Positions 47,537 to 53,708 of a DNA stretch of 53,708 bases are shown here, piece by piece. Below the pieces are notes generated by a model. That model made no database searches, was not told the DNA's origin, and saw only the letters and a list, made by a program, of their open reading frames with translations. Numbering within the stretch: position 1 is the stretch's first letter; the number at the start of each line of letters is the position of its first letter. Source of the DNA: Candidatus Microgenomates bacterium (lineage in GTDB: Bacteria > Patescibacteriota > Microgenomatia > UBA1400 > UBA12108); NCBI GenBank assembly GCA_003576945.1, contig QEVC01000004.1, positions 1-53,708 of the forward strand, read 5' to 3'. A program made the translations under genes and the position numbers.

Positions 47537-48268
47537 TTAGATTTCGCCGAGTGATTTTTTGGCCCAATAGGCGTTGGTCCTAAAGAGTGATTCAAAGGTC
47601 CCAGCATCCGACCAAAAACCATCAAGGATTGCCCAGGTTAGTTTGCCCTCTTTGATATAGGCATTATTAAGATCGGTCACCTCAAGCTCTCCTCTACCAC
47701 TTGGTTTGAGTGTCCTAATTTTGTCAAAAACCGTGTTGTCATAGAGATAGAGACCGGTAACTGCCTTATTGCTAGGGGGTTCTTTTGGTTTTTCGAGGAT
47801 TTCTTCGATGACGCTCGGGTCACTCTCACTAAAGCGTGGAATACCAAACCTTTGTGGATCAGTTACTTCTTTGAGAAAAACCATCGCACCGCTATTAAAA
47901 TTTTTAATTGCACCACTAATATCAGCGTCGGTAGTGTTATCACCCAAAATTACAGCAATATTGTCCCCATCGGCAAAATCCTCGGCATATTTTAAGGCAT
48001 CAGAAATTCCGGCACTGCCCCCTTCTTGATAGGCGTATTCGACGTGAGTTAGACCTAGCTCATGACCGTTTTTTATAACATTGATAAAGTCGCCAGCGTG
48101 GACGTCACCAGTCACTATTAAGACTTCGGTGATCCCGGCATTCATTAGAGTCTGGATGGGATAGTAGACCATGGGACGATCATAAACAGGCAAGAGATGT
48201 TTGTTGGTGGCATGTGTCAGGGGATAGAGCCTAGTACCTTTACCGCCGGCTAAAATGACACCTTTCAT
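47537..48268 (-). CDS. rmlA: Glucose-1-phosphate thymidylyltransferase (short, SpsI/RmlA-like)
   Basis: LAGGKGTRLYPLT, KHLLPVYD, EKP, RGELEVTD and WSDAGT motifs. Confidence 0.85.
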   Translation of the reverse strand: MKGVILAGGKGTRLYPLTHATNKHLLPVYDRPMVYYPIQTLMNAGITEVLIVTGDVHAGDFINVIKNGHELGLTHVEYAYQEGGSAGISDALKYAEDFADGDNIAVILGDNTTDADISGAIKNFNSGAMVFLKEVTDPQRFGIPRFSESDPSVIEEILEKPKEPPSNKAVTGLYLYDNTVFDKIRTLKPSGRGELEVTDLNNAYIKEGKLTWAILDGFWSDAGTFESLFRTNAYWAKKSLGEI

Positions 48269-48283
48269 AGAATACTCCTTCTT

Positions 48284-48541
48284 TTAGAGTACGAGCGTAC
48301 TCATAACTGCTATACCTAGGGCAGTGACCAGAAAATATTCTAACATGATTCGGCTCGTTAGGTTTTTCTCATAAAGATGATGGATTATGCCCCAGAAAAA
48401 ATAGAGTACCCCAAACGAAATAGTAGCAATTAATAATACCTGAGGAATGTTGCGCAGTAAAAAAACTAAGCCGAGATAGACGATCGCAAATGCTGCGAGG
48501 AGACTATAGGCGATTTTGTGTTTGGCGACGTCTTGCATCAT
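48284..48541 (-). CDS. Small 3-TM hypothetical protein
   Basis: 85-aa hydrophobic ORF (WGIIHH...LEY) in operon orientation. Confidence 0.7.
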   Translation of the reverse strand: MMQDVAKHKIAYSLLAAFAIVYLGLVFLLRNIPQVLLIATISFGVLYFFWGIIHHLYEKNLTSRIMLEYFLVTALGIAVMSTLVL

Positions 48542-48550
48542 AGATATCCT

Positions 48551-49501
48551 TTATAAAATAGATCCGGCGTTAACGATAGTGGTGGCGAGGAGAATGACGT
48601 TAATAAAGATAATGTGTGCCCAGTTCTTGCCAACCCGACGGGAGAGAACACGAGACTCGGCGAGAGCTAGATCAACTACCAATACCAACATAAATAGGAG
48701 AGTCGTTGCGAGACTCATGGTCTTTTTGAGAGTAAATTCGTTTAACTTAGGTTGAGGTTGAATCTCTGCAACGAGGGCTTCGACGCTCTCGGGAGTGGCC
48801 GACTGCACCTCGGGCTCCGGCTCATCAACTATGGAGACCGTCGGAACGACAGTGGGCGCAGGAGTCTTAGCTGGGACCACTGCTTTTTCGGCGACTGTAC
48901 TGTTGCCACCGCCTGTTGTAGCTACAGTGCCATTTGCTGGTGCACCAAAGAGCTGGACCACGAGCATAGTATCTTTGCCCTGGAGAGTGCCCGGAACTAC
49001 TGCGACACCTATCTCCGTATACTTGGCGTTTACGATGTTGTCGCGATGGGTGGGTGAAGCCATCCAGGCTGCAACCATACGATCGGTACTACCAAAGTCT
49101 TTGGCTAGATTCTCACCTGCATAGAGATAACTGTAGCCAGCGGCTTTAAACCATACCCAGGGAGTTTTGCCTGAGGGAGAGTTGTGGGCCCAGTAATCTT
49201 CTTCGAGCATGTTGGCGGCTTTGCGACGGGCGGCATCGGCTAGTTTTTCAGAGTAGGTAAGGGTGGGCAGACCGGCGCGGGTACGCTCGCTATTGGTGTT
49301 AGTTACTACCTCGTTGATGGTGATACTACTAGTAAAACCGAGGATGTGATAGGGAGTCGCGTCGAGGAGGCGGACAAAGAGGTTCCCAGTTAATAGTACT
49401 CCAATAAAGAAAAAGATTCCCGAATTGTGTAAGAGTTTGGCACGGAAATTATTGGTGTGGTGTGGAGTAAAATAATGCCTAATTTTGGCGCTAAAAGACA
49501 T
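48551..49501 (-). CDS. CAP (SCP) domain membrane protein
   Basis: TNSER, YWAH, AGENLA, WMASPTHRDNI and VVQLFG motifs. Confidence 0.9.
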   Translation of the reverse strand: MSFSAKIRHYFTPHHTNNFRAKLLHNSGIFFFIGVLLTGNLFVRLLDATPYHILGFTSSITINEVVTNTNSERTRAGLPTLTYSEKLADAARRKAANMLEEDYWAHNSPSGKTPWVWFKAAGYSYLYAGENLAKDFGSTDRMVAAWMASPTHRDNIVNAKYTEIGVAVVPGTLQGKDTMLVVQLFGAPANGTVATTGGGNSTVAEKAVVPAKTPAPTVVPTVSIVDEPEPEVQSATPESVEALVAEIQPQPKLNEFTLKKTMSLATTLLFMLVLVVDLALAESRVLSRRVGKNWAHIIFINVILLATTIVNAGSIL

Positions 49502-49610
49502 GCCTTTATTATGGTCACAAAAGAGTCGTTACGGCAAGTGTCTATTTGAGCAAAATTACGTCGGGGTATAAACCCCAGATGAGAGCGATAGTTGAAGCGA
49601 GAAAGCTCAA

Positions 49611-52600
49611 CTACTTATTGTGTGAACGCAAGTATCGATAAATAGCATAGAGGATAATCAAAAGAAATAGTAATAACCACCAGTAGTTAAAGTAACTCTC
49701 ACTCTCACCTAAAACTGATCCTTCGATCTGTTCGGGAGTAATCTGTGTTGATTCGTTCTGAGCGGCAGTCTCATCGCCGAGAACGGCTGGTGCAAACCCC
49801 TCGGCTGGAGTCTCGGGAGCGACACCGGGTGCACCAGTGATGTTACCCGTATTTACCTCGTTAGAAAAAGGACTTCCGTTTGAGACTGCGTCTGTTGCCT
49901 GAACTACAAAATAGTAACTGCCTGCACCTAGACCTTGGACAGTATAGCTATTAATATTGCCAACATTTGCGGCGAACGGATAGATTCCTGTGCTAGTACC
50001 ATACCAGATTAGGTAGCTGGTAGCGCCAGCAACTGAGCTCCAGCTCAGGCTCGCTGTGCCAACACCAGTCGAAGTTAGGGTTAGGGTGGGTGAGCTAGGT
50101 GGTGTGCGATCTACAGTCAGCGTGGTGGATGCCGATTTATTGTGTCCGGCAGAATCATAGGCTCGCACAATAATATCCCATTCGCCTTCGGTTAGTTGAT
50201 CGATCTCCAACTCAGTTTCATTTGAACCCAGATTTTTAGTATAGGTAGTACCACCTAGTTTCCATTGGATTTCGTAGTAGTCGATACCAATGTTATCGAG
50301 TGCTGGGTCCCACGAAACGGTTGACACAGTACCACTAGTAGGATTAGGGTTGACTGCAACATTTTGTGGACCTTCCTCAAGCTCTGTCTGGTCGTAACGA
50401 ATGGTTTTTACCCCAACATCACTAGTATTGCCTGCAGTGTCATGAGCGCGGTAATACAGGGTGTGAGAACCCTCACCAACTATATCAAAGGGAGCGCTAT
50501 AGCTCGTCCATAACCCAGTCTGGCTATCCCACTGGTATTCTATGGAGTCAATGTGGGAATCCGTTGCAGTTAGAGTAACCACTGGTTTGGTGAGGTACCA
50601 ACTATTGCTCCCATCGGGGGTGGTGGGACTAAGTGATATTCCGACTTCGGGGATAGTCTTATCGAGAATGATAGTGAGTTGGTAAGAATCCTCCGTGTTA
50701 GTTGCGAGATCTGTAGCGTGCGAAGTGAGGGTGTAGGTGTCTTCTGTGGGAACAAAGCCTAAGTCGTAGCTCCAGGAGTTGGTTCCTGCAGCGAGTACTC
50801 TAGTTGCTAGCTCAGTCCCAACTACCCAGTCTGTCCCATTCCAATACAGATTGTCGGATTCACGCTTAATAGAGAGACTTACTGAGGCGACATCACTAAT
50901 ACTGTCGCTTGCAGTACCCTCAATGATCCCATCCCAAGCATTAGTGATCAGGACAGTATTGTCTCCTAGGTTAACAGGACTAGTTATGGTACTATCTGGG
51001 TCACTCCAGTCCAGGTTAGCCGGGTGCGAGGTAACAAGAGTGGTATTAGTGTTACCTGCATTGTCTACTACATTTGGGGTCACACTACAGGTCTGAGATG
51101 TTCCTTCGGTTGCGATAGTACAGCTAGCGGGGTTACCAGAAGCAATTCCATATGCATCCGTGTAGGTAAACTCTGAAAGCTGAGGAGTGTTATACCAGCC
51201 AGAATACTCGGTTTGGTCTACTAAAGTGGGGGCGGTATTGTCGATAATCAGTTCCCTAGACTCACTCCATGAACTAATATTCCCTGCAGCGTCCCGGGCG
51301 CGGACTCTCCACCAAAAATGACTATTGGGCTGGCCAGCGGTGACCAACTTGGTGGGTGAGGAATACGAACTAGTAAATTTTGGTGAAGAACAGACTGTAC
51401 TAATATCTCCTGGATCGACGTTACAGCTCTCGTAGTCGTAGGATATAGCACCTGGCACTAAACCCCATGACTGGGAAAAGGCTACACCCTTGGTAATAAA
51501 TCCATCAATTGGACTAATGATACTAGGAGTGCTAGGGGCAATGGTATCTATTGTGACTTGCTCAGCCTCGCTCCAGTCGCTTTGGTTACCCGCATTATCT
51601 TGAGACCTGACTTGCCACAGATATGTTCCATCTGAGGTAGTACCTGCCTGAAGTTCGGAGGTAGTTCGCCAGAGCCCAGTAGTGTTGGGGTAGATCGAGA
51701 GACATGTAGCTAGAGAGGATGGGTCGCTACAGTTGTAATAAACTCTGTAGAGATACCCTGCGACTCCATAGGTATCTATTGAATCTTCCCACTGCATGAA
51801 TGGAGTGTTGTCATTAGTAAATAAATTGTTGATAGGCCAAGTCAAAACAGGTACTGATGGTGGGGTAGCATCGTAATAATAATGTCGCCACCCACTCCAA
51901 TCCCCATAATTGCCAGCGTTATCTATTGCCTGTACACGAAAACGGACTCCTCCTTGCTCGGTGATCCCGGGTGCGTGGCTGCGTGAGTTAGTCGTTGTGT
52001 AACGATATGGAGCATCATAGAAAGAATGACCATCGTCGTAAACATACTCTATGCGGTATTGTTCAATACCAGAGATATCAGAGATTGTAGTCCACTCGTT
52101 GGAGATTGGGGTAGTTTTAAAGTACTGTGCCTCAGCTGGATAACTGATCGTCGGGGCTATGGGGCGTGACTTATCTAGTTTAATAGTGACACTCATGGAT
52201 GAAGGTCCTCCTGCACTAGTGGCGGAACAGGTTAAAGTAGTAGCATCCTCCGCAGTGACTATTGTGGGATCGCAACCATCAGTCGTGTAAGGTGATTCTG
52301 GTTCGTTTACAATCCAGGTAACTGTGACGTCTGTATTATGCCAACCATGAGCATTTGCCGGGTGACTAAGTGAATAGTGGATTACAGGAGGAGTAGAGTC
52401 TCCGAGGTTAGTATAACCAGGTGTGGGTGTATCATAACTAGTCCAATCGCTACCACCATCAGGCGAGCGTCCTATTGATTTATCCTGCATGATGTTGTCA
52501 CTAGAGACTAAATCACCGCCTAGTAAGATCCCCAATAATAGGGATCTAGTATAAGTCAGTCTGTCGACAATATTTAGGATTGGGTAAGATAAGGTGATCG

Positions 52601-53624
52601 TCTCTGTCGAAGAACTACTGCCAGTGTTATTGAGAAAATTAACATTTACTAGTTTGTACCCCATTGCAGGGATCGTGCCAGACAATACTACGTAATTGAG
52701 GCTAGTATCTGACAAGCGCCAGTTAGTTAGATCGACTTCAGTGGTTTCGGTGTTATATAGCTCGATCCATTCACTACCAGAGCTCGGGTTGTAAACAAAT
52801 TCATTAATCCTAACTCCTGGACTATTTTGAATACCTGTAATAACAAAAATGGTAAAGTGATCCAGCTCTGAGACTGTAACCTCACTGTTGGTTGCCGCAA
52901 CTTCTGTTATGGGATAAAAATTGGCACCATCCTCAGAATATTGAATCGCAACGGATTGAGTATCAGTTGGGTTGGGGAGAGTGAGCGAATAAGAAAATGT
53001 ACCGTCTGTCATTGATGAGGTAACCTCGTAAGCAACCTCGTCTAGTGCCCCGCTCTGGGCTATCTGTTCTTTTGTTAACGTTATCTGGTTAAATGTAATG
53101 CTGCCGGGATTAGATGGGAGAGTGTCAAAAGTTAGTGAAAAATCTGGGTTAAAAGGTGCAGAATAGATAACTCCTGTACGGAGGTCTGCGTAAGTATTAG
53201 GGTTTAGTAGCCATCCTTGCTCAGCGGCGGTAATCTCTTTGCTGAGAGTGGGTAGTGCTAAAACAATCTCAATATCTTGATTATCGACTACAAAGTAATA
53301 GGTATCAGAATTAATTTTGAGAATTCCTCTTAGGAGATTGTCTGGACTGATGCCGTCTGTTGAGGCGCTACCAACAAAAATAGTACTACCAGTACCAAAT
53401 ACTGCTTCGGTAGAACTTTCTGTCTGGTAATAAAGTGAGTAAGTGTGAGTAGAACCTAGAGAGAGGATGTGGTTGTTCTGATTATAATTCAACTCGAGAG
53501 TGCCAGATTCTTGAGCATGGATCGGTTGGGGGTGAACTAAGAGATAGGCTATGACTACAGGTTGAATGATCGTGGATAAAATCGAGAAAAATGATAAAAA
53601 GCTAAAGAGTGTCAAGTCCCCCAT
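49611..53624 (-). CDS. Large surface protein: lamin-tail domain plus Ig/FN3-like repeats and C-terminal TM anchor
   Basis: INEFVYNP..SEWIELYN (LTD); repeated W/F-x-VRA-x-D-x-AGN...D-x-T-x-P modules; C-terminal WWLLLFLLIILY followed by a basic tail. Confidence 0.85.
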   Translation of the reverse strand: MGDLTLFSFLSFFSILSTIIQPVVIAYLLVHPQPIHAQESGTLELNYNQNNHILSLGSTHTYSLYYQTESSTEAVFGTGSTIFVGSASTDGISPDNLLRGILKINSDTYYFVVDNQDIEIVLALPTLSKEITAAEQGWLLNPNTYADLRTGVIYSAPFNPDFSLTFDTLPSNPGSITFNQITLTKEQIAQSGALDEVAYEVTSSMTDGTFSYSLTLPNPTDTQSVAIQYSEDGANFYPITEVAATNSEVTVSELDHFTIFVITGIQNSPGVRINEFVYNPSSGSEWIELYNTETTEVDLTNWRLSDTSLNYVVLSGTIPAMGYKLVNVNFLNNTGSSSSTETITLSYPILNIVDRLTYTRSLLLGILLGGDLVSSDNIMQDKSIGRSPDGGSDWTSYDTPTPGYTNLGDSTPPVIHYSLSHPANAHGWHNTDVTVTWIVNEPESPYTTDGCDPTIVTAEDATTLTCSATSAGGPSSMSVTIKLDKSRPIAPTISYPAEAQYFKTTPISNEWTTISDISGIEQYRIEYVYDDGHSFYDAPYRYTTTNSRSHAPGITEQGGVRFRVQAIDNAGNYGDWSGWRHYYYDATPPSVPVLTWPINNLFTNDNTPFMQWEDSIDTYGVAGYLYRVYYNCSDPSSLATCLSIYPNTTGLWRTTSELQAGTTSDGTYLWQVRSQDNAGNQSDWSEAEQVTIDTIAPSTPSIISPIDGFITKGVAFSQSWGLVPGAISYDYESCNVDPGDISTVCSSPKFTSSYSSPTKLVTAGQPNSHFWWRVRARDAAGNISSWSESRELIIDNTAPTLVDQTEYSGWYNTPQLSEFTYTDAYGIASGNPASCTIATEGTSQTCSVTPNVVDNAGNTNTTLVTSHPANLDWSDPDSTITSPVNLGDNTVLITNAWDGIIEGTASDSISDVASVSLSIKRESDNLYWNGTDWVVGTELATRVLAAGTNSWSYDLGFVPTEDTYTLTSHATDLATNTEDSYQLTIILDKTIPEVGISLSPTTPDGSNSWYLTKPVVTLTATDSHIDSIEYQWDSQTGLWTSYSAPFDIVGEGSHTLYYRAHDTAGNTSDVGVKTIRYDQTELEEGPQNVAVNPNPTSGTVSTVSWDPALDNIGIDYYEIQWKLGGTTYTKNLGSNETELEIDQLTEGEWDIIVRAYDSAGHNKSASTTLTVDRTPPSSPTLTLTSTGVGTASLSWSSVAGATSYLIWYGTSTGIYPFAANVGNINSYTVQGLGAGSYYFVVQATDAVSNGSPFSNEVNTGNITGAPGVAPETPAEGFAPAVLGDETAAQNESTQITPEQIEGSVLGESESYFNYWWLLLFLLIILYAIYRYLRSHNK

Positions 53625-53708
53625 TTTTGCTACACGCTCCGAAGTAGTTGTTGGGCATAGGTAACAGGCGACATGTTAAGGCTTGTATGGATGCGGTCGT
53701 AGTTGTAG

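Noticed and set aside
49564-49577. GGGG-TATAAA-CCCC mini-hairpin in an intergenic gap
   Set aside because: Only a 4-bp stem, single copy and no U-tract; not enough to call.

Overview
Gene-dense bacterial chromosomal window. Gene content and leaderless-style starts suggest Patescibacteria/CPR (Microgenomates-like); this is inference. Positions 1-34.2 kb hold a very large surface-glycosylation locus: about 14 GT-C-fold membrane glycosyltransferases, 3 polyprenol-phosphate sugar synthases, 5 other GT2, 2 GT4, a Wzx flippase, and uxs, gmd, rmd-like and ugd. Positions 34.3-40.0 kb hold an atypical integron-like locus. It has a short IntI-like tyrosine recombinase lacking the integron-specific insert, a hairpin attI-like site and four cassettes. 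Every cassette gene sits in the loop of its own inverted repeat, and two attC-like sites enclose genes (hicBA; a 111-aa ORF) inside their own stem. The first cassette contains two tandem 1104/871-bp elements inserted at a hairpin tip. Each is bounded by TTTACATGTA and has a strong sigma70 promoter and a conserved structured RNA whose 5' and 3' parts can pair around an unrelated cargo ORF. Positions 40-53.7 kb hold trmD, dTDP-sugar genes, a SurA-like gene, alkA, a phosphatase, rarA, a CAP protein and a 1337-aa surface protein. All calls are by eye; no searches or folding programs were run.
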